From Eledone cirrhosa (lineage: Eukaryota): a DNA stretch of 64,000 nucleotides. Both the position numbers and the translations under genes were made by a program. The stretch lies in contig OZ024743.1 in the NCBI GenBank assembly GCA_964016885.1, positions 146,816,001 to 146,880,000 on the forward strand, read 5' to 3'. Positions within the stretch are counted from its first letter, which is position 1. Every line of letters begins with the position of its first letter. The notes beneath the pieces are model-generated. The model saw only the letters and a list, made by a program, of their open reading frames with translations, was not told where the DNA came from and did no database searches. Shown in pieces: positions 53,494 to 64,000 of this stretch.

Positions 53494-54415
53494 AGTAATA
53501 ATAATAAAATTGAAGACTAAAATCCAAAGAGGGCTCGATAAGGAAAATATATATCAAATATATAAGAACCGTAGAGCAAATATTTATTAAAATAAGAGAT
53601 TAAAGTTTAAGCAAAGAATCACTGCTTTCACCCTTAACGGGATCTTCTGAAACTAACAAAGTCAATCTGTAAACGCAGAACTGGATATTTCAAAAAACGT
53701 TGCAACCGGAGGAAGACAGGAACACGATACTTTGGTTCGTGGTAACGTTCGCTGGCAAAGAACGGGAAAAAACGAATAATACGTCATTAATAGGAGCGGT
53801 GAAAAACAATTACACGCAAAGACAAAACCACGTTTATGGTATAAAAGAGGTCGTAGACTAATGTTCTCTTAGGTGGTGCATAGAGACGTTCTCTGGCAAT
53901 GAACGAAAAAACGAAGATAATAAGTCATATGTGGAGCGTGGAGAACAATAGCACGCAAAGACAAAACCACGTAAATGGTATAGCAGAAATCGTAGACTAA
54001 AATTCTAACTAGGAGACCGAATGAATCTCCGCTACAGAGTTAAGAACAAAGTAAATAAATACAATACAGAAGTAATAGAAACAAATAAATACATACACGC
54101 AAACAGATACGTACATACACAAGCATACGCAAAACCTTACCATGGGTATACAAAACCACGCACATATAAATATGTGTGTGTGTGTATGCTTGTGTACAAA
54201 TAAATAAATAATTATATAAACGTATATAAGTAAATAAATACGTATATAACAAGCGCACACGCATACCTACATATAAATACACGAATGTTCGGAGACGTAA
54301 GTCAACTAAAACAAGAAGTACACATATACACACAACCACCATACGTACTAACCTGCACACTCACGCGGACGCAAAACTCCCGTATACACATAGCCAAACC
54401 CTAAATACCAGAATA
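53490..54415 (-). mobile_element. Penelope-like 3' UTR/terminal fragment (family of 38170-40348)
   Basis: Colinear with 38170-38985, including the ~140-bp internal tandem duplication. Confidence 0.85.
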
Positions 54416-54588
54416 TGTAGGGTCGGACACCATGCTTTGACGCATTGAGTTACGGCCGTTGCCATTCTGAGTTAAAATCCCGCCGAGGTTAACTTTGCCT
54501 TTCATCCTTACGGGGTCGATAAAATAAAGTACCAGTAATGCACTGGGTAATTGCTGGCATTGTGCCAATAGTAGAAACAATTATTATA
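54415..54588 (+). mobile_element. SINE family A
   Basis: Same body and tail as the other copies. Confidence 0.82.
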
Positions 54589-55440
54589 ACATTTTTTGTA
54601 TCTTGTCTTGAAACCAGTAATAATTTCTTCTATATTTCTTTCAATCAAACTTTTCACTTTAAATTGAACTCAGAAAACTTCTTTAAGACAAAAGGTACTT
54701 GTATTCAAATTTTGCACTTTATTTCCAAAGAAGGTTTGAACTCCTGTAGTCAAATAGAATACCTCAACTTTAAAGCAATTTTGCCTCTTACAAGGATCAC
54801 AGGTATCATATTAAATGTAAATAATTAAGAAATATTCTCTGTTCATGTAAATCTACAAACATTGGTGGTAATAAAAATAACTCTTCTTGACCAAATAGAA
54901 TTGAACCTGTGTCTTATTTTAGATTACTGCTTTGTAGATTACTGCTTTGTTTATAACCTACTTAATTATAATATACTCTAAAACCTCCACATTCTTCATA
55001 ACTTAATCAATAAACATGTTACATAAAAAAATCAGATCCTTTTATCTAAAAATCATATTTGAACACCATATTCTATGTATTTTTATCTTTATATGTGTTT
55101 TTTTTTTATAACGCATCTAATAAGAAGCAACTCTAATATTGCTGTGAAGATTATGGTTGTGAAATTTCACAGAAACAAGGATTACAGATGCTGCTGAAGC
55201 TTGTAAATGAGAAGTAAAGGTAAAAGAGTTTAGCAAGAGAAAATCCTTGTTTTATTGTGATGTAGAAAATTGTGTGAAATTTGTACTCATAAAATGGCCG
55301 ATAGCTAAGAATTATCAGAAACAGAAAGGCAAGTATACTTCATAATATCTATTTTCCTATAATACACCTTTATCAAATATCTCATCTGATAAATGAGAGA
55401 CAATCTGATATGATTTTTTTTTATGTATGAGTGTATGTGC

Positions 55441-55542
<102 letters not shown>

Positions 55543-55813
55543 ATATATGTGCATGTACATGTTTGTATATGAGTGTATGTGACTATAAGTATATACAGGT
55601 ATGTATGTGCATCTTTATGTGTAGGTATTCATACATGCATACATGTATCTATAAATAATAACGATAACAAAACAAATTTTTCCTATTCGTGTTACATCAG
55701 AGGTGTCACAGATAGTTCTCCAGTATCATTTCCCTCATAGTAAACAAAATTAACTTAGATATATTAAGTCTGAAAATGTAGTAGCAGTATTTGTAGAAAT
55801 AATAACGATAAGC

Positions 55814-55850
<37 letters not shown>

Positions 55851-55851
<1 letters not shown>

Positions 55852-56615
55852 GAGGAGACCTTAAAAAGGCTACAGAAGGAATGTTAATGGCTGCGCAGGA
55901 GCAGACCCTCAAAACGAAGTGGTTGAAACACCACATTTACAAGGAGGAGGCTAGCCCACTGTGCAGGATCTGTGGAGAGAGAGAGGAGACTGTGGCTCAC
56001 ATTGTATCCGAGTGTAAACACCTAGCTCAGACTCACTATAAGGGCTGGAGACAGGATGTGATGGGCAGGGTGATCCACTGGCACCTATGCAAAGTAAACA
56101 ATTTACCACATTCTGAGAAGTGGTATGAGCATAAGCCAGAGGCGGTGATAGAAAACGATCAGGTGAAGGTGCTGTGGGATTTTAGGATACAGACGGACAA
56201 GAAACTGGAACACAATAGACCTGACCTGGTGGTTTGCGACAAGGGAAAAAGATCGTGCCGTGCCTGATTGTGTATGTAGCCTGCCCATTCGACACGAGAG
56301 TGCAAGAGAAGGAGAGGGAGAAAATTAACTGATACCAGGACTTAAAGTGGGAGGTAAAAAGGATTTGGAACTGCCATGAGGTCAAAGTGGTCCCGATTGT
56401 CATAGGCACACTAGGTACTATCACAAAGAGTTTCCAAGGATGGTTAAAGAAATTGGTCCCGCCCCGCTTTTTGGAACACTTCAAAAGGCATGCTTGCTGG
56501 GAACAGCAAGAACCCTCCGATACGTCCTGAATGTCTGAGGCTGCAGGTAGTGGCTTGATATTCATTTCAACAAACTTTCCAGTTAAATAACATCAATGAC
56601 TGAGACTCAAAGAAC

Positions 56616-56660
<45 letters not shown>
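55851..56660 (+). mobile_element. R4/Dong-type LINE, 5'-truncated, in (TAA)n
   Basis: CRICGEREETVAHIVSEC zinc knuckle and restriction-like endonuclease motifs VLWDFRIQTD..HNRPDLVV and EKEREK. (TAA)n on both sides. Confidence 0.88.
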
Positions 56661-56663
<3 letters not shown>

Positions 56664-56850
56664 TCTTTCTACGTTAGGCACAAGGCCAGCAATTACCCAG
56701 TGTATTACTGGTACTTTATTTTATCGATCCCGTAAGGATGAAAGGCAAAGTTAACCTCTGCGGGATTTGAACTCAGAATGGCAAGGGCCATAACTCTATA
56801 CGTCAAAGCATAGTATCCAACCCTCTACCGATACTGCCAATCCACCACCC
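56660..56850 (-). mobile_element. SINE family A within (TAA)n
   Basis: Full-length reverse copy between two TAA runs. Confidence 0.88.
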
Positions 56851-56853
56851 TAG

Positions 56854-56903
<50 letters not shown>

Positions 56904-56939
56904 CTATCTATAATTTATCTATTTATTTGTTTATTTATG

Positions 56940-59900
56940 TTCGTCTACCAGCGTGATGGTGTCATGCTAAAATCACTGGGGGTGATGAAATCACCGGTGG
57001 TTATGTAACCATACATTCACCAATCCTCGATATGAGTGTTTAAATGTCGAACCTAAACAGTTTGAATAACAGTGAAAAGGAGACTGGAACGTCATGTGAC
57101 AGACTCTCACCCAGCAAGTTCCCCCTGGCCCAGCAGCAGAGACCTGGCTGTCATCCAAATACTGCTGGTGTTGGAGGAAGAAGAAGAAGGAAAAGGACAA
57201 GAACTAACTGGACGGAAGAATTGAATAAAACTGTCATGGAATGTTACCTGAAGAGTAACCCCAAGGAAAAAGGCTATAGGAAATGGATGCATAACATCTG
57301 GAACGAGATTGGTCTATTTAAATTAGATGAACAAAAATTGACCGGGCAGGCTCGGGTAATAAGTACTAATGGATGGATAAGCGAGTTAGAACTGGAGGAA
57401 CTGAGCAGAGAGATTAGGTTAGAAATGGAGAGTGGAGTATGCCAGGCAAACGAGCCAGTGGGAAATGAAGGTGAAGAGGTTGAGAGAACGGAGGAAACAT
57501 CCGAAGCAGACGATGATCTGAATGCAGAAATAAATAACATCTGGAACAAAGATATGGCCATTGATGAAATGAATGCTGACGGGCTCGGACAAGATTTGGT
57601 TGATATCCTAAACTTAGTGGTAGATGAAATGAACAATGATAGTGGGAAACCTATGAACCTAACATTTGTAGACAGGAAAAAGTTAAAAGAAACAACAGCT
57701 AAGGTAAAGAAAGTCATCCCATACCATGAGGTGAGGAACCTTCACTAATGCAACAATATCCTCAAAGCAACAGCAAATGCGGTGAGGAAATTACTTGGCA
57801 TAAAAATGAGAGGAAACAACAAACAAGAAAGATCAGAAGCTTGGTGGAAGAAACGACTGAATGGTCAAATCAAGGAAATGAGAAATGACATTAGAAAGCT
57901 TGCGTCCCTACTGAATGAGACACTACAAAACAGAGACACTAAAAATAGTCTGGAAATAAAGTACAAAACTAGGAGGAAAAAGCTAAATATCATCATAGAG
58001 GAACTGAAGCAATGCATTGTAGTAAAGAGTGCAAAAATCAGGCGATATGAGAGCAGAGTCAGTCAGTATAGACAGAACCGCATGTTTGACAACAACCAGA
58101 AGATGTTGTTTGGACAGCTTGAAGGGAAAGAAAGAGGCAACGACTTGATTCCTGAGGCGGAACAGACTAAGACATTCTGGAGTGGAATATGGGAGCAGGA
58201 TGTTAAACATAATGATCAGGCAGCATGGAATGAGACAGTACAAAAGGAGATTAGTGAAGAAGCACACCAACAAACTGATTTGAGTATCACAGTTGAAACT
58301 CTTAAAAGGCAGGCCAAAAAAATTAATCAACTGGAAATCACCAGGCCCAGATGGTGTGCAAGGGTATTCGATTAAAAATATAACATCCCTCCACCCGAAA
58401 GACCGAATCAAGGGTAATGATGTTACCAACTATAGACCTATCACATGTCTGTCCGTAATGTGGAAACTGTTAACAAGCATTGTGTCTGAGGAAACTACCA
58501 TCACCTCCACATAAACAACTTGTTATCGGACGAACAGAAAGGATGCCGAAAGAAGTCTCGTGGTACAAAAGACCAGTTACTTATTGATAAGATGGTAATG
58601 AGGAATTGCAAGAGGAGACACACTGGTCTTGCCATGGGATGGATAGATTACAAAAAGGCATTCAACATGGTACCTCATTCTTGGATAACCAAAAGCCTAG
58701 AGATCTTCAAGGTGGCAGATAACATCAGACAGTTGTTGAGCAAAAGTATGAAATCCTGGGATACAGAGTTAAAATCAGGTGGAGAATCCTTGGGAGGCGT
58801 GAAGATCAAGAGAGTTATCTTCCAGGGAGATAGTTTGTCCCCTCTGTTGTTTGTTCTTGCCCTGATACCTCTGACCATTATACTGCGAAAAGTGAGAGCA
58901 GGATACAAGTTGGGAAAAGGAGAGCTTACCATCAACCACCTCCCCTTTATGGACGATCTTAAACTCTTTGGGAAGAGTGAGAAGGAGTTGGATGTACTTG
59001 TTGACACTGTCCGTATTTTTAGCAATGATATATGTATGCAATTTGGTATTAATAAGTGTGGAGTTTTAGTGATGAAGAGGGTAAATTGAGCAGAAGCAAC
59101 AGAATCCAGGTACCAACAGGTGAGATGATAAAGGAAATTGACACTGAAGAGGGATACAAATATTTAGGTGTTCTGGAGGCAGATGACATCAAGAACAAAA
59201 AAATGAAGGAATTGATAAGATCTGAGTACATTAGGAGAGTAAGGAGTGTATTAAAATCACATCTAAATAGTAGGAATGTCATAAGTGCAGTGAATTCCCG
59301 AGCTGTGTCTATTATTAGGTACATTGCGCGAATTCTGAAATGGAATGTTGCTGAACAAAAAGAAATGGATAGGAAGACTAGGAAGCTAATGACTATCTAC
59401 ATGTTCCACAAGAGGAGTGATGTCGATAGACTCTACGTAAAGAGATCTGAAGGTGGAAGAGGTCTTATCAGCATAGAGGACTGTGTTCAGATAGAGAAAA
59501 ACAACCTGCACAAATACGTGACTGACAGTAGGGAGCCAATGCTCAGAATTGTACTGAAGGAGAGGACAATAGACCAAGGGATGTCCAAGGAGGAAATAAC
59601 AACAAGGAGGAAGAGCAACCTTCATGAAAAATCCCTTCATAGTACCTTCTTTGAGAAAACTGAATTTAGAGATCCACAGACATGGAACTGGTTAAAAAGA
59701 GGAGACCTTAAAAAGGCTACAGAAGAGCAGACCCTCAGAACGAAGTGGGTGAAACACCATATTTACAAGGAAGAGGCTAGCTCACTGTGTAGGATCTGTG
59801 GAGAGAGAGGGGAGACTATGGCTCACATTGTATCCAAGTGTAAACATCTAGCCCAGACTCATTATAAAGTCTGGAGACATGATGTGATGGGCAGGGTGAT

Positions 59901-60455
59901 CCACTGGCATCTATGCAAATAAACAATTTACCACATTCTGAGATTTGGTATGAACATAAGCCAGAGTCAGTGATAGAAAACAATCAGGTGAAGGTGCTGT
60001 GGGATTTTAGGATACAGACGGACAAGAAATTAGAACACAATAGACCAGACCTGGTGGTTTTGGACAAGGAAAAAAGATTGTGCCTGATTTTAGATGTAGC
60101 CTGACCATTTGACACGAGAGTGCAAGAAAAGGAGAGGGAGAAAATTAACCGATACCAGGACTTAAAGTGGGAGTTAAAAAGGATTTGGAACTGCCATGAA
60201 ATCAAGGTCATCCCGATTGTCATAGGCACACTAGGTACTATCTCAAGGAGTTTCCAGGGATGGTTAAAGAAGATTAGTCCAGTCCCACTTTTTGGAATAC
60301 TTCAAAAGGCATGCTTGCTGGGAACAGCAAGAACCCTCCGATACGTCCTGAATATCTGAGGCTGCAGGTAGCGGCTTGATATTCATTTCAACAAACTTTC
60401 CAGTTAAATAACATCAATGACGGAGACTCAAAGAACAATAATAATAATAATGATA
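56940..60455 (+). mobile_element. R4/Dong-type LINE, near full length, frameshifted
   Basis: N-terminal WTEELNKTVMECY, then [62 protein letters not shown] and RPD-type endonuclease. (TAA)n tail. Confidence 0.92.
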
Positions 60456-61534
60456 ATTTCTTTATTTACCACTAAGGCATTAGAGGAGACATTACATGGA
60501 TAATTACGAAACAGTTGAAGTTTATATAGAATCGATTGTGAAAAAAACATTTATGGGAAATAACAGTAGCATACAAAAGGAATGAAATGAGATATCCCAA
60601 CAGTAGGACAGACAATCATCATCATCATTGTATCACTTTTCCATTCTGAAATGGTTTAAACTAGTCATCACCGTTTGAGACTAAACAACTTGGAGAACTA
60701 CACATCTGAAAATTCCAATTTTGGCATTGTTTTTCTGGTTAGATAGCCTTCACAATACTAACTGTTTCAAAGTGTATTGTAATCATCATCATCTTCATTA
60801 TCACTGTTTAAGGTCCATTTTTCCATGCTAACATAGTTAGATAAGTTTTTCCATTGTAAGACAATCCAGATCAGATGGCCATGTCTTGCTTATACAGAAC
60901 TGATTTTGCCTTGGTTTCTATGGCTGGATGCCGTTCCTAACACCAACCACATTTGCAGTGTGCACTAAGTTCTTTTTATCATGACACCTACAAAATCACT
61001 TTACAGTGTGGGCTGAGTGCTTTTTGTCATGACACCTACATGGCCACTTTACTGTATGGTCTGGGTGCTTTTTGTCATGACAGCTACACAACCACTTTGC
61101 TGAGCACATTTTGTGATGATAATAATAATTATCCTTAACTTATAGTCACATGCCAAACATTTATAGACAGAGTAAGTCAAATAAATCAATCACAGTATTT
61201 AAATGAAGGGTGAAAGGCAAAGTTGACCACCATAGAATTTGAATTCAGAATGTGAAGTGCCAGAACAAGTATTGTAAGGCATTCTGTCCAATTCTATACC
61301 AAAACAATAACAACAACAACAATAACAATGTATGTGTATATAAGGTATACATATATGTTAAAGTCAGTTGACATTTGATGATGATGATAATATGTCTTCC
61401 AGTCTGTATTTCTGATTTATAAATTCCTCTCTTACTTCTATCAGTTATGTCACTATGAAAAAGGACTAAATGATGTAAATGTGAAATATGGTTATTTATA
61501 ATTTATTCTGTTGATTGAATTACACACACACATG

Positions 61535-61861
61535 TCATCATCATCATCATCATCATCGTTTAACGTCCGTGTTCCACGCTTGCATGGGTTTGGACGGAGC
61601 GTTTTCCCACTTGAGGCAAGAGTGGTTATCTTGCTCGCATAGGACTATCTGGCGGGTTTTCTACAGCTGGATGCCCTTCCTAACACCAACCACATTTACA
61701 GTGTGGGACTGGGAGGTTTTTACCGTGTTACCTACACGGCCACATTACAGCGTGAACTGTGTGTTTTTTTGTCGTGACACCTACACGATCTCATTTGTTT
61801 CGGCCTGGATGTTGTGGCACCAACATAACTTTACATTGAAAGGGGCGGTGTGGATGGGGTG
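61535..61861 (-). mobile_element. RTE 3' UTR fragment abutting the 466-bp array
   Basis: Similar to 50248-50578. It stops at GGATGGGGTG, where the array starts. Confidence 0.88.
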
Positions 61862-61875
61862 AAAGCCAGACAAGG

Positions 61876-61920
61876 AATATTGAACTAGTTTCGTTGTTGT
61901 TACAACTCATCAGCAATATT
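61876..61920 (-). ncRNA. Minimal type-I hammerhead ribozyme
   Basis: AATATTG-CTGATGA-GTTG TAACAA CAAC-GAAAC TA GTT-CAATATT. Confidence 0.88.
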
Positions 61921-62341
61921 TACCCATCTTCCGGCCTTTCTGGAGAATTGTAAAAGCACATATCGTTATATGCTTTTTCTATGAAAATTAGTAGTGGGCA
62001 GACCAATTTGCATAGAGTGTGAGTACGTACCGGTTCAACGGAGACGATAAAAACAAATAACGAAACGAAATTAAATTTCGTTTCGTTTGTAACTCACTTT
62101 TGTATGACTGACGCTTAAACAATTAAGTTAAAAATGTACATCCACATATGTATACTGAAATACTAGTATGCATATGAATACACACACGTATACATAGGTA
62201 GATGTACCAAGTTTTTCACTGGTCACTTTACTGTGAGTGTCCAGCTATTCTGTATGTAAACACACAGACAAACCGGTTTTTAGAGTCATACTGGTTTTTG
62301 AGGAAACACCTTTCCTCTATTCCCCAAAAAGCCAGACAAGG

Positions 62342-62386
62342 AATATTGAACTAGTTTCGTTGTTGTTACAACTCATCAGCAATATT
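62342..62386 (-). ncRNA. Minimal type-I hammerhead ribozyme
   Basis: Identical motif, monomer 2. Confidence 0.88.
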
Positions 62387-62807
62387 TACCCATCTTCCGG
62401 CCTTTCTGGAGAATCGTAAAAGCACATATCGTTATATGCTTTTTCTATGAAAATTAGTAGTGGGCAGACCAATTTGCATAGAGTGTGAGTACGTACCGGT
62501 TCAACGGAGACGATAAAAACAAATAACGAAACGAAATTAAATTTCGTTTCGTTTGTAACTCACTTTTGTATGACTGACGCTTAAACAATTAAGTTAAAAA
62601 TGTACATCCACATATGTATACTGAAATACTAGTATGCATATGAATACATACACGTATACATATGTAGATGTACCAAGTTTTTCACTGGTCACTTTACTGT
62701 GAGTGTCCAGCTATTCTGTATGTAAACACACAGACAAACCGGTTTTTAGAGTCATACTGGTTTTTGAGGAAACACCTTTCCTCTATTCCCCAGAAAGCCA
62801 GACAAGG

Positions 62808-62852
62808 AATATTGAACTAGTTTCGTTGTTGTTACAACTCATCAGCAATATT
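62808..62852 (-). ncRNA. Minimal type-I hammerhead ribozyme
   Basis: Identical motif, monomer 3. Confidence 0.88.
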
Positions 62853-63273
62853 TACCCATCTTCCGGCCTTTCTGGAGAATCGTAAAAGCACATATCGTTA
62901 TATGCTTTTTCTATGAAAATTAGTAGTGGGCAGACCAATTTGCATAGAGTGTGAGTACGTACCGGTTCAACGGAGACGATAAAAACAAATAACGAAACGA
63001 AATTAAATTTCGTTTCGTTTGTAACTCACTTTTGTATGACTGACGCTTAAACAATTAAGTTAAAAATGTACATCCACATATGTATACTGAAATACTAGTA
63101 TGCATATGAATACACACACGTATACATATGTAGATGTACCAAGTTTTTCACTGGTCATTTTACTGTGAATGTCCAGCTATTCTGTATGTAAACACACAGA
63201 CAAACCGGTTTTTAGAGTCATACTGGTTTTTGAGGAAACACCTTTCCTCTATTCCCCAGAAAGCCAGACAAGG

Positions 63274-63318
63274 AATATTGAACTAGTTTCGTTGTTGTTA
63301 CAACTCATCAGCAATATT
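63274..63318 (-). ncRNA. Minimal type-I hammerhead ribozyme
   Basis: Identical motif, next to the inversion junction. Confidence 0.88.
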
Positions 63319-63759
63319 TACCCAACTAGTTCAATATTCCTTGTCTGGCTTTCTGGGGAATAGAGGAAAGGTGTTTCCTCAAAAACCAGTATGACTCTAA
63401 AAACCGGTTTGTCTGTGTGTTTACATACAGAATAGCTGGACACTCACAGTAAAGTGACCAGTGAAAAACTTGGTACATCTACATATGTATACGTGTGTGT
63501 ATTCATATGCATACTAGTATTTCAGTATACATATGTGGATGTACATTTTTAACTTAATTGTTTAAGCGTCAGTCATACAAAAGTGAGTTACAAACGAAAC
63601 GAAATTTAATTTCGTTTCGTTATTTGTTTTTATCGTCTCCGTTGAACCGGTACGTACTCACACTCTATGCAAATTGGTCTGCCCACTACTAATTTTCATA
63701 GAAAAAGCATATAACGATATGTGCTTTTACGATTCTCCAGAAAGGCCGGAAGATGGGTA

Positions 63760-63804
63760 AATATTGCTGATGAGTTGTAACAACAACGAAACTAGTTCAA
63801 TATT
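63760..63804 (+). ncRNA. Minimal type-I hammerhead ribozyme
   Basis: CTGATGA at 63767-63773, GAAAC at 63788-63792, GTT at 63795-63797. 7-bp helix I and 4-bp helix II. Confidence 0.9.
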
Positions 63805-64000
63805 CCTTGTCTGGCTTTCTGGGGAATAGAGGAAAGGTGTTTCCTCAAAAACCAGTATGACTCTAAAAACCGGTTTGTCTGTGTGTTTACATACAGAATA
63901 GCTGGACACTCACAGTAAAGTGACCAGTGAAAAACTTGGTACATCTACATATGTATACGTGTATGTATTCATATGCATACTAGTATTTCAGTATACATAT

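Larger units (their letters stand above)
61862..64000. mobile_element. 466-bp tandem array with one hammerhead ribozyme per monomer (retrozyme-like), inverted at 63323/63324
   Basis: About 3.1 monomers at 61862-63323, then the same unit reverse-complemented to the window end. Monomers differ by only a few substitutions. Confidence 0.9.

Noticed and set aside
62237-62419. Repeated 60-aa ORF in the 466-bp monomer
   Set aside because: Mostly GTG start, antisense to the ribozyme strand, no recognisable domain. It repeats only because the DNA repeats.

Overview
AT-rich eukaryotic (animal) DNA made up almost entirely of transposable elements and microsatellites. No host protein-coding gene can be called with confidence, and the SINE/LINE repertoire looks octopus-like (inference). 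It contains RTE-clade LINEs (one young copy with an open 517-aa RT ORF), L1/Tx1-type LINEs (one has produced a ~45x 51-bp minisatellite from its ORF end), R4/Dong-type RLE LINEs in (TAA)n, Penelope-like elements (RT + GIY-YIG), tRNA-derived SINEs, and hAT and piggyBac-type MITEs. The main unexplained signal is a set of hammerhead-ribozyme (HHR) elements. A near-identical 466-bp tandem array carries one canonical minimal type-I HHR per monomer (retrozyme-like) and inverts at the ribozyme's helix-III palindrome. A Penelope element has HHRs in inverted termini. Several non-coding 100-420 bp palindromes are head-to-head pairs of HHR-bearing termini, one with a compensatory U3-A8 core. All folds were read by eye and none was computed.
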